From Selaginella moellendorffii (taxonomy: Eukaryota; Plantae; Lycopodiophyta): a DNA stretch of 64,000 nucleotides. The stretch lies in NCBI RefSeq assembly GCF_000143415.4, contig NW_003314295.1, positions 1,470,558 to 1,534,557 of the forward strand, read 5' to 3'. Shown one piece after another: positions 24,731-34,974 of the stretch. Positions within the stretch are counted from its first letter, which is position 1, and every line of letters starts with the position of its first letter. Both the position numbers and the translations under genes were made by a program. The notes beneath the pieces were generated by a model. The model saw only the letters and a list, made by a program, of their open reading frames with translations, had not been told where the DNA came from and did not search any database.

Positions 24731-24988
24731 ATGGCAAGCACAAAATCTGTAAGTGAGGCAGAAAAGGAGACGGAGAAGGAGATAGGTGAAGATGTAGAAT
24801 ATATAAGTCTTCCAAACTCCCCGTACTATACTCCAGGTGATCATTTTTCTGAACAAACGGCAACATTAACAACTATCGAGAACGCCCCAGTAACGTCAGA
24901 GACAACAATCCAAAGCAAAACAACTGACCCGGAGAAGGATGATAGTACCGCTGAGAGTACCAAAAAGGAGGTGTCCACTAGCGCTTAG
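24731..24988 (+). CDS. Small acidic/Thr-rich ORF (85 aa) inside the TIR element, function unknown
   Basis: ATG-initiated, preceded by an ag acceptor-like site, flanked by palindrome copies; no recognisable domain. Confidence 0.25.
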   Translation: MASTKSVSEAEKETEKEIGEDVEYISLPNSPYYTPGDHFSEQTATLTTIENAPVTSETTIQSKTTDPEKDDSTAESTKKEVSTSA

Positions 24989-25624
24989 GCTTATAATGGC
25001 GTGTGCCCTCATGCCATTTACTTGATCACCAAATACCTTTTTCCCTTTGCACTAGTATATCTTAATACCGGTCTGAGAAATAGAATGGCATGTGCCCTCA
25101 GGCCTTTTACTAAATCACCTTTGAAAGAAATGCAAGCCTCTATGTCGTAAAAAAAAGGTACTAGAGAAATTCCTTAATAATATGAATGTTATTTAGTTTC
25201 ATGAAAATACACTAAGGGTCAAATGAGTTAAATGACTTCTCCAGACTAGCAATGCCTCTTGCTACACCTTCACAATTAGATTCGTTAGAAAAAGATAACA
25301 TTGAATAATATCTAAATGTTCTCACCATTAAGTTATATGTCTGGCTAATAGGAATGATGTTCATCTTGGAAAGCTCACCACACGCTCAATGAACAAACAA
25401 ATAGTGTGTGCGCGCATGCCATCGCTCTTCTTTAGCTTCAGATTCGGCTTGTTCACCTTGACAATGAGATTTATTATACAACTAGATGGACTCAGTCTGG
25501 ACATAAGGTCACTGCGCTAGTCACCATGCCTCAAATATGTCTAGCCCCTGGACAAAAAACATATAATTTCACGTCATTTTCAAATACTTGAAAATTTGTA
25601 CCTAGTCCCATTTTACTGAATAAA

Positions 25625-25648
25625 TCCCACTTTAACGAAATAGATCTT
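25625..25648 (-). repeat. Right TIR
   Basis: tcccactttaacgaaatagatctt. Confidence 0.92.
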
Positions 25649-27770
25649 ATTGGCAAAGGGTACTTGTTCTTCTTTGTATATTTGTTGAGCAACCGGTAGT
25701 CTATGCACATGCGCATAGATCCATCTTTCTTTTTCACAAATAGCACCGGTGCCCCATACGGCGACTTGCTCAACCTAACATACCCTTTATCCACCAACTC
25801 TTCTAGTTGGTGCTTGAGCTCCACAAGTTCTTTTTCGTTCAAACAATAAGGGGGACGAACCACTGCCTCAGCACCCTCGACCAGCTCAATCTTATGTTCT
25901 ATCGGTCGTGCGGGGGGCAACCCCGCCGGTAGCTCCTTCGACATGGTATCTCGGAATTGGTCCAACACCCGCTGGATCACTAAAGGTACTTCTTCCATTC
26001 CTGTCTTTTTGTCACTTCTCACCGAGAGTAAGCACAAAAATGTCGCCTTGGTCCCTTTAGTGAGTTGTCCTCTCGTGGACACCAGGTTTAAGCACGAATC
26101 TTTGGCTTTGCATTGCCCTACCTTTAGATCCTGGGCCTCCACCCTGGATCTTCTTCTTTGGGCATTCGTCAGTACCACAAGGTTCCTACCTTGTCCATGT
26201 AGGGCTACCACAAACTGATTGAACTAATCCATCCCGAAGATCACGTCAAATCCTGCCATGTCCAACACGGTGAAGTCTATGTCTACTTTCCAAGTCCCTA
26301 CTTCGACTTTTGCTTGTCGAAGTACCTCATCGGTGCTTTGGCTACCTTGAACAAACTCTATAGTCCTTGGTTCGCCCAACCACTGCACCGTTAGTCTGGC
26401 TTGCCAGACTATGTCTGCAGCCACAAAATTATCTGAAGCACCCGTGTCAATAAGGATCTTAACAAAGCTACCCCCGAGCTTCCCTCAGAGGGCTAGTAGA
26501 TGTCGCGAACGACTCTCTACCAAAGTTGCTCGTGTAATGAGTAACTTTGAGCTAGGGACTGGATCACATACCTCAGTTTGGACTTCACTCGACTTAATGG
26601 CCATATTGGCTCTGGCCTTCTTCAGGTAGGGACATTCCCTCGAAAAGTGTCCCGCTTCACTGCAGTTGTAGCATACGTTATTTCCCACGCTACTAAACGA
26701 CTTGACCTTCTTATCCGTGGGTTTGTCTGTTTTTGCTTGACTCCCCACATACTTGCTCGCTGGCCGCCGGATTTGCCCTTCCGAAACCCCAAGGACTCAT
26801 GCTTAGAGAAACTCTTCTTGAATTTCCCTTTGCTATATGTTCCCCTTGGTTTGGCCCCTTTGCTAAACGTGGATCCCGACTCCATCGCATTCCCCTTTCG
26901 CAGATTATCGTTGAAATGCACCTTGATGGCCGCATCCAACGCTTCCTTGTAGTTGGTCGGGTTCCAGCGCATCACCTCACTGCGAGCCCAGGTTTGCAAA
27001 CCTGATATGAAGGCATGGAACGCATCCATATCCCCCATGTCCGTGACAAGTATCCTCTTTGCCATAAACCCATTCACATATTCCTGGATGGTTCCAGTCT
27101 GCTTCAGCCTACTCAGCTCATCTCTCAGATGCAGAGTGGCATTTGGAGGAACGTATGTTGCGCAGATCCTCGCCTTCATCATGTCCCAAGTGGCCACCGG
27201 TCCTTCGTTAGCCTCCGTCGTTCTCCACCAAGACTTGGCATTATCTGCCAAGTATGGTTTTGCACATGGGACCTTCTCTGAGCTCGGTAATCGCAACGCT
27301 CAGAAATAGTCCTCCATATCGTAAAACCAATCCTCCACCACCTTATAGTCATTCACTCCCTTGAAGACTGGTGGGGGCTTTGGTTTGTACTTGGGAACTG
27401 CCTGAGGGACTGATTCTACTTCGGTCTGTTCAACCTTGTTTGGTTCTGCCTCAGTCCCTGCCGAAGGGTTCGCACCTTCTGCACTGCTAGCATTCGCAGT
27501 CTTTCTCTTTTTCTTCCGCTTCTCGTCACGCTTTAGCTTGCGTACGAGAGTCTCCAGCAGGGCATTGGTCTGTGCCAACTGTCCTTTTAGCACGTCCAAT
27601 CGAGCCTTGGACGACCGAACCTCGCCACCGGACTCCTGTTTAGAAGTTTCCTCACTAGAGTCCTCCTCATGCAAGGATTCCTCATCCATAGCCTCTCGTT
27701 CAACCAGAGGCTCCAGCTCTGGAAGAGGTTCCGTCTCCGCCTTAGTTCGCTTCCGTCCTGCCTTTGCCAT
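25649..27770 (-). pseudogene. gag-pol: Gypsy gag, protease and RT N-terminus
   Basis: Retrotransposon gag (PPVFKG...WF.DMEDYF, in-frame stop at 27300); zinc knuckle CYNCSEAGHFSREC; protease ILIDTGAS near 26440-26460; RT start [30 protein letters not shown], broken at the TIR insertion. Confidence 0.93.
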
Positions 27771-27814
27771 CTCCCAGCAACCCGCCTCTATCCTTCGCTA
27801 GAACTGAGGAAAAG

Positions 27815-27826
27815 GCTCCGATACCA
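27815..27826 (-). promoter_or_regulatory. Primer-binding site (tRNA-iMet type)
   Basis: gctccgatacca reads tggtatcggagc on the minus strand, 3 nt from the LTR edge; matches the canonical TGGTATCAGAGC with one mismatch. Confidence 0.85.
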
Positions 27827-27829
27827 AAT

Positions 27830-29002
27830 TGTAAGCCACAAATTTTTCCTTTCCAATTTGCCAGCTTACCTTGTCTATCCGTCCAACACTGCCTTGGCTT
27901 TTGCTAAGTTCCCTTACCAAGGTTCCCGCCTATGGTACCAGCTCCTACTTAGTTTCAGCTACTCACTGCACAAGCAACGGAGTGTTAACCATCCATCAAC
28001 AGATTCCCAAATCTCTCCCAATCCCCCTCCCCGGGTTAGACTAGACTTAAGGTTCGGCTACACTCCCCACAAACACAAGCAGCCAAGCACACCAAGCTTC
28101 TAGGTTCCTAACATCCCTTGGTACCACAAGACTTGATCATGGGACCCTCTAAATCCCAAGTCTCGGATGCAACCCTTGCTTCAGGACGCCAGGGCAAAAC
28201 ACCGTGGCCTAACGGCCCGGTATGGGTACCTCTAACCCCCCACTTCCATCCCAAAGGGAAGGTCCAAGCCCCTAGGAAGGGCGAGGACCAATGAGCCGCA
28301 TGGTACTCAAGTGGGGCACCACTCCACATGAGCCGGGAGCACCGCAGTCGGTTTCCCTTTCGGGAGTGGGAGCTGCTCTTGAGCACTTCCTGGGATGGCC
28401 CCTCCGGCACCAACCAAGTCCATGCTCACTCCCACCCAAGGCCCCTTGGTCCCAGTCCCAACCTCAAGTCAGTTTGGAAGCCCCACTGGAGAGTTCCTTC
28501 AAAATTGGTTCCTGGACCTCACTATCCCTACTATACTTTTGGAACCCCTTGTAGGCCCCTCCCCCCCCCCCCCCCCCCGGGAGACGCACGCTTTGGGCTT
28601 TCACCCCTTGACCCGTATTAGTACTCAGACTTAGTCTCTGGCTCAATCTCTGGCTCGATCTCGGACTCGATCTCAGATCCGACTTTAGATTCGGTCTTGG
28701 ACTTGATCTCGGACTCGATCTTGGACCCGATCTCGGACCCGACCTCAGACTCGACCTCGGACTCGGTCTCGGACTCGATTTCGGATCTCAAACTCCGTCT
28801 CAAACTCAGTTTCAAACTCGGTCTCGAACTTGGTCTCCGAGTCGGTCTTGGACTCAATTCCGGACTCTATCTCGAACTCGGTCTTAGAGTCGGTCTTGGA
28901 CTCGATCTTAGACTTGGTTCCATCCGATGAACTCTTTATCATTTTGGTCATGCTTTCGGGGCTCCTTTAGCCTACGACACCTCGGTGAGTTGGTTCCTTA
29001 CA
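27830..29002 (-). repeat. Gypsy family-A 5' LTR
   Basis: Direct repeat of 5988-7084, about 76 bp longer mainly through extra short tandem units; next to the PBS. Confidence 0.93.
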
Positions 29003-30075
29003 ATACTTTGTGGTTTGCTTTGGATTGGTCTCTTGGGTTTGATACATCAATAGGATGTTGCTAACACTTGCTTGAGCAACTCTGGTTCCTTGGTATTGTT
29101 GACCGGGATCTATTCAGATTGAATAGTGTGATAGTTGGCATGTATGAGTGTTTTTTGGTCCTACTGCATTCATTCTATTCTGTTGATTATTACTTGAGTT
29201 AGTTCTGATAGATTTGAATGTTATTTCTTTCAGATGATACATTCGCGAGCATTTTGCTTGCCAATCGATAATACTTTGTGTTCTTTGAGTTATCATTGAT
29301 CAGTTGTTTGGCATACTGTCTGCCATCTTCGGTAGTTAAGTTTCATCATTGAGTTTCCTTGATGATATCCTTGCTATTGAATTGTGTTAGATGGTGCATT
29401 CTATGTTTTCCAAAAATGATGATCTTGGTGGTTCATATATTATAATACTAGTTTATCGAATGATAACTTACTAGAAATACTTTTGTGTTCTAATCTAAGT
29501 TATATTCACTGATAATTACAACTCTAAGATATCATTGTTTATGACTTTGATATTGTCCATTTATTAATCTTTGAATTTGGGCCAGTATAGGCAGATTAGC
29601 TTCGGCACTTTGTGTGCATGCTAAAATCTCTAGTCACGGGGTAGTTACTGTCGACTGGTCACATCACTTGCCTCTCTGTCGATGTTCCTTATTCTGTTCA
29701 AAGGGCGTGACCGTGTAAACAACTCTGTCTGTTTACAGTAAACCTTACCGACGGGTTTGGTTTCTTTGCTCAGGAGGGTTGGGGCCTCTAGCTTCTCTCT
29801 CTATGTCCCTCCCGGCAAAGGCATATCACACTTTTGTAAACTGGGTGACACCCAGAGCAGCAAGGGTGGCTGACTCCATTGTCGGTGACGGCCAAAAGGT
29901 GTCTGAGTTGGTAACGCATTCGTGTTAGACATAGAGGTTGCCTCCTAACTCATTTAAGTTGGTGCATTTCTCACAGTGTGAGTACCGTGAACTTTTTCTG
30001 GAGTTGTTTCTTTGGCGGTATTCTAAACTCGAGTATGTATCAACGAGGACGTCGATCTTCCCTTAGAGGGGAAAG

Positions 30076-31228
30076 TGTCGAGAATGTGACTTCAGGTATC
30101 GAAAGTTACTTGTCAGCCAGTCCTTACAGACACTCTTTCCTTACTGCCACAATGGTAAGAGGTCGATATTGCTAGACCTTTTATTAATCCCTTTTTTTCA
30201 AGTGTTAGTAAACTGGACTTTGCATCTGCACTTGGCCAAACGAACATAAGGAAGGAATTCTTAAGTGTCTATTTAGCCAAGCATACTTAGCCCAACTTGT
30301 TAGTTCTCTTTTGCTCTATCTTGCACTGGCTTGACAAAAACCCTCGTGTATTGAGACTAGTCCCTCAATATTGCTACATGATAGCTTACCGTGTTTGCCA
30401 AACACCCTCGTTATCATGCCCTTTGTGTTATTTCGGTCTCATTTCGGTCCCAAATGCTATTTATGGAAAGTGTCCAGATTTGCTCATTTGGCATATCTAC
30501 GGAATGTAGAGATTGTCTTGAACACAATGGTGTTCGTCCTATGTCCAAATTCGCAATATAACGCCATTCCATATTTAGTAAGTTTTAAGCTTGCTCCCAG
30601 AGACTAACTCTTGATACTAAGGGAGGCTTGGGGTGAAAGCCCAAAGCGTGTGTAAGGGGGGGGGGGGGGGAGACTATCGAGGGTTCCAAATGTATAGTAG
30701 AGATAGTGGGTAGGTTAAGCATGGTTGACCAACCTGAAGCATAGTTTAGCTCCCGCTTGCGTGTTTATCCTTGTTCTACATCTGCCTTGGGTCTAAGCCT
30801 AAGTTCCATTCCATACTAGCTGGTGGAGCACCCATATCCTTGCGTTAGGCCACCGGTATGCCGAAATAGTGCCAAACTCTGTTTGGCTCCGTTTTGCGTG
30901 CTGGTCTTGGCATTGGGATGCTAGTTGCTCTAGGACTGTTCCAAGTTGCTCCGAGCTTCTATCCCTTCACTCCTTGGGTTGTATGCTCGGGAGTTGCTCT
31001 GTGGTCCGGTTTTGTCACTCCTTGGCTCCATGCTTAAGAGTTTAGCACCATTCCTTCGTTCAATGGCCTATGGCCCTTAACCTTAGTTCCACACCACTGT
31101 CCTTTGGACACGTGGCATATGACATGTGGCCTGTGTCACGTGGCATAAAGAGGGTTTAGGTTCCGCTTCATAGTGTTATCCTATGGTAAATCACCATAGG
31201 ATAAAGGGTCAAAACCACGTGCACTACA
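30076..31228 (+). repeat. Family-B LTR, putative 3' LTR
   Basis: TGTCGAG...CACTACA termini; preceded by the PPT-like agaggggaaag; no local TSD, so not a solo LTR. Confidence 0.85.
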
Positions 31229-31399
31229 GGAATGAAGTTTGTTTGATGTAAAAAACATAATCAACTACTTTAGAATTCTTTCTTTCTGAGCAAGTTTTTA
31301 TTTGGATTTTTAGAGACCACATTTTTCAGCTACGTGTCATAATGTTTCTAGGCATATATAAGTAGGAAAATTGAGCACCTGTAACTTTTTTCTTTGACT

Positions 31400-32480
31400 C
31401 CAACTTGAGGAAGAGTTTGGACTATCACCACCATAGTAAAACATTGAAATTAAGATTAAATTTATAAATTAAATAAGGAGAAAAGAAAGAAGTAGGGTAG
31501 CTAAACCAACTAAATCTAAACAACTAAGTTTTGAGAATGATAAAATTTTGAAACTACCTTTGATTGCACAAATTTCAATGTTGAAGCTTTAAAATCACCC
31601 AACTTCAAAGGCTTACAAGATTATTAGGTTCTAGAAGATTGAGTTTATGATATGGAAAATTATTATAGTAGACATTGATGATCATATAAAAGTTGCATAC
31701 ATGTAATTTTTTCTCATCAATCATACTAAGACTTACTGGTGCTAGGTGTGATATAAAAGCTATACACACCGTAATAACTAAATATTTAGCTAAGTTGTTA
31801 GGATTGAGAGTTGAGCAAATATCACCTACACATTTTTAGTTTATAGAAAATAGACAAGTTGCAAAGAAATTTGTAAATAATATACCAATAAAGATATCCG
31901 AATAGAAAGACTTAGTAATGTTGAAGATACTAAAATTTTAGATGATGTTTGGTATCTTCAACAAATATATCCAAGGGATATATAATGTTGGATAGAGTTG
32001 CATTACATTAAGGTAAAATTTCTAATTGCAAAAGTGCTCCTTGAAGGATTGAGATACTAGATTTCTATCTATAAGAGTATCTCAAAGAACATCTAAGAAT
32101 AGATGTTGAACTTTTTGGGTTTAAGTGATGGAAGAGAAAGTGATAGTGATTAAGTTAAAATAGGTAATAGTGTTGATTTAGTATCAAGGGAAATCATTGA
32201 ATTATTAAGGAATTAGAATATCTTCTCAACAAATTACTATTAAAGTAAATATAGTGTAAAATTTACCATCTTACCTCTTAGTTGTGAAGTTGATCATCAA
32301 ATTGAGTTTCCTTTGGGTTCTAAGCCACCAATAAAGGTTCCATATCATTTGAATATCAAGAAAAAGACTGAACCTAAGAAGCAACTCATAAAACTTCTTG
32401 ACAAATATCATAGTAAGTCACCTTATAGGGATGGTACTATAAGGATGTACATTGATTACAAGCTCTTAGACTAAAAGTAT
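31400..32480 (+). pseudogene. Heavily decayed Gypsy gag/RT relic
   Basis: ~31590-31670 translates like the family-A gag (KSPNFKGLQDY*VLED*..YDMENYY); ~32290-32460 like the RT N-terminus (VDHQIEF...KVPY.LN...SKSPY..DGTIRMYIDYK). Confidence 0.7.
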
Positions 32481-32845
32481 AGTGAAAATTGTACTAAACT
32501 TCATTTAACAATGTAGGAGTTAAATATGAGGAGTTAGTGCTTATAAAGGATTTGAGAGTGTACCAAACTCTAATGCAATAGGTTTAAAATTTTGGCTCTA
32601 AATTCAAATGTATAATTTACAACAGTTATTAGTGTGGGCTTTGGTGGTTTGAAGAAGGAGTTTATATTTTTAGGAAGGCCTCATAAATTTAGTTTCATCA
32701 TTTTTTACTCTACATGCTTTAAGAGACCACTTGCAAAAAGGTGACCACTCTAGAAGATTAGAGCTTAATAAGTATGATTGCTTATTTTGATAATGGAGAG
32801 GTCTATTTGAATAACTCTTTTTCTTGAAAAAAATTATAAGCCTCT

Positions 32846-33965
32846 TGTAGTGCACATAGTTTTCACCTATTATCCTATGGTAATTTACTATAGGATAACC
32901 ATGGAGCAGAATATAGCCCTTAAACATGTGTGCAAAGGGCAATAGAGTGAAACTAAGTTTTAAAGCCTTAAGTTATTAAATTAAGGGAAAGACTTAATTA
33001 TAAACTCAAATGTTTAGCGAATGAAGGAATTTGAGCATAAAGCAACTCTTAAGCATATAGCCAAAATCGAAGAAGTAAGAGCATGAAATGATATTAAAAT
33101 AATCCTAGAGTATCTAGCATCCTAATGCTAAGACCAAAATGCAAAATGGAGCCAAATGAAATTTGACATTATTTTAGTATACCAATGACCTAACATAAGG
33201 ATATAAATACTTCATTAGGTAGCATAATATAGAGTTTTGGGTTAAATCTAAGCCAAATGTAAAAAAAGACAAACATGTTGAATTTAATCTTCTGGGAGGT
33301 CATCTAGTCTAATATTATTTAAATTAAGGACACTTAACCCAAATATCCTAAAACCCTTAACTGATTAGAAAAAAAAAAGCACTTTTATTCATAGGCTCTT
33401 TCCTTTTATATTTAAACCCTTATAGACCGTTGTTCCCTTTTGGTTGCTTATACATACTTAACAAAGAGTTAAACTATATTCTAAATTAAACCTTCCCACT
33501 ATCCCTACTATATATTTGGAACCCCTTAAATGCCTTTATATGAAAGCATGCTTTTAGCTTTCATCCTAGTCTTAGGAATTAGTCTTTAGAGTAATCACAA
33601 AAATTTACTTAATATAAAATGGTGTTAGATTGTGAATTTAGACAATTCTATAGATATGCTCAACTAGTAATTTAGATACTTTTCTATAAATAGCTTATAG
33701 GAAGTAACATATGTAGCATGATAGTAAGAGTGTATTGGTAAGCTATCATATAATGAATATTAATTCAACATTAGTAAGTGCAAGTAGTTTTTTTATCCCA
33801 GACCAAGTATGCTCAGCAAGAAACAAATGCTTACTTTATACTTATCTAGCATAAATATATAGATGATAATCAATTTCTCAACTAATTTGGGTGGAAACTA
33901 ATAAAGGGAACAGATAGTACCAGGCTCGTTAATAGATAAATTTTGATATCTACAATCACATTTAA
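32846..33965 (-). repeat. Highly mutated inverted family-B LTR containing a decayed TRIM LTR (~33277-33452)
   Basis: Reverse-complement similarity to family-B LTR (tgtagtgcac...tatcctatggta; ccctactata.atttggaacccc), interrupted by a copy of the TRIM LTR (gaggtcatctagtc...acccttaactgattagaaaa...ttggttgcttata). Confidence 0.75.
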
Positions 33966-34974
33966 AATACCTCTACTCAAAGAACCAAATCAATAGAAAC
34001 ACATTAGAATATAATTGTCTTGTAGAAGTGATAATAATTCGAAAGCCTTTCCTGGCTGGCACGAAAGGTAATTAGAGCTATGCATAAATCTGATCCTCGT
34101 CTGAGGAAACAAAATAAGAACAGCAAAATAATATCATCATTTCTCACTGTTGGCTATGTCAAGAAAGTGGGAAGGAAACTCTCACCAGTGGGAGAATATC
34201 TTTGGGATCTTTTAGAAATGGCTGCACTAGAATCACTCTCTAATGTACATTCTTAATGTGCAAAAACCCATTATCCACACAGTGGAATCGTTTGCCTTTC
34301 ACACATGCAAAGCCACTATTACACAGAATTACATTAGTACCTTTACTTTTAATGTTACCTACCCCACTGACTATGACTGGAGAATCAGTTTTATGCTCAG
34401 CTAAGCAAACTTAGAGTTAGGCTATGGGATGACGAGTAGATATTCTTCTATAATCGTTTCTTTCTGCCAGTCTCTGCTGATATGGCCCAACTACTCCCAA
34501 AAGCACGAAGAAAACCATCAGCAAGGCTTGGTGATCAAACACAACGCAAACCAACAATACGCTACAAACTCCGTCACTGCATTTCTCTTCAAAGAAGTTG
34601 CTCGACTTGCAAATATACAAACTCCGGTAACCTTGAGCTTCGTAGAGCCATTCTTTTCAGTCATTGTTTTGCTACTGCGCAATGTCATGGGGTGTGGCTT
34701 AACAATTGGTCCCATACTAGCGTCAGGACGGTAGATTGTGGAATGCCTCAGCTTTCAATGCACAAATATGGTATGTACCACTCATTTTCGCTTCTCATCG
34801 TTGGCTTTTACTAGCATTCGCAAAATGTGTGGAACACAAGATATCGACACCAATGGTCTATAAAATGCCCATTAATCAACAGCTTTCCACGGATACATAG
34901 AGTCCCCGGGTGTACAAAATTTCGGCCATAGTAGCAGTGACGAAAAGAATGATAGCAGCAAATTCACAGCCTTT

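Larger units (their letters stand above)
12522..25422. repeat. Dispersed 22-bp palindrome ATGGCRTG-N6-CAYGCCAT (about 25 copies, some degenerate), confined to the TIR element
   Basis: Copies start at 12803, 13880, 13955, 15176, 15367, 15508, 16980, 18257, 18317, 18394, 19270, 19429, 19508, 20379, 20451, 20487, 21102, 21200, 21270, 23116, 23173, 24589, 24996, 25085 and 25401, with a half-site copy at 12522. Confidence 0.92.
12428..25648 (+). mobile_element. 13.2-kb cargo-carrying cut-and-paste DNA transposon (Sola-like, provisional)
   Basis: 24-bp TIRs with one mismatch. Removing the element restores the Gypsy RT peptide NKYPLP-RIEDLFDRL. Target duplication is TTG (3 bp), or CTTG/ATTG (4 bp with one mismatch). 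Encodes a DDD/E-type transposase. Confidence 0.9.
5988..29002 (-). mobile_element. Ty3/Gypsy chromovirus LTR retrotransposon (family A), full length but interrupted and decayed
   Basis: LTRs 5988-7084 and 27830-29002 (TG...CA); TSD ATACT at 5983-5987 and 29003-29007; tRNA-iMet-type PBS; PPT; gag-PR-RT-RH-IN-chromodomain order on the minus strand. Confidence 0.95.
1..31228 (+). mobile_element. Outer, decayed LTR retrotransposon (family B) hosting the nested insertions; 5' LTR truncated by the window edge
   Basis: The LTR copy at 1-791 is followed by a degenerate PBS (tggtattaaagg, 794-805). The copy at 30076-31228 is preceded by a purine tract (agaggggaaag). These two copies share variants (tttaagcttg, ccactgtcctttg, gctggtc.tggcattggg) that the 2887-4034 copy lacks. 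The internal sequence has no intact ORF. Confidence 0.65.

Noticed and set aside
12522-25422. CRISPR-like array interpretation of the 22-bp palindromes
   Set aside because: Spacing is irregular (tens of bp to more than 1 kb), there are no cas genes, and the context is eukaryotic with introns.
12428-25648. Assignment as CACTA/EnSpm, Mutator (Pack-MULE) or Polinton
   Set aside because: No CACTA termini, no long TIRs with an 8-10-bp TSD, and no PolB, integrase or capsid genes; the catalytic motifs differ from those superfamilies.
30076-31228. Solo-LTR interpretation
   Set aside because: The flanking 5-mers differ (gaaag versus ggaat) and a PPT precedes it, so it fits a 3' LTR better.
34417-34814. 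Short ORFs downstream of CCC1, one with a hydrophobic stretch and a basic tail (peptide-hormone-like?)
   Set aside because: No recognisable CLE, CEP or other peptide motif; probably 3' UTR or intergenic sequence.
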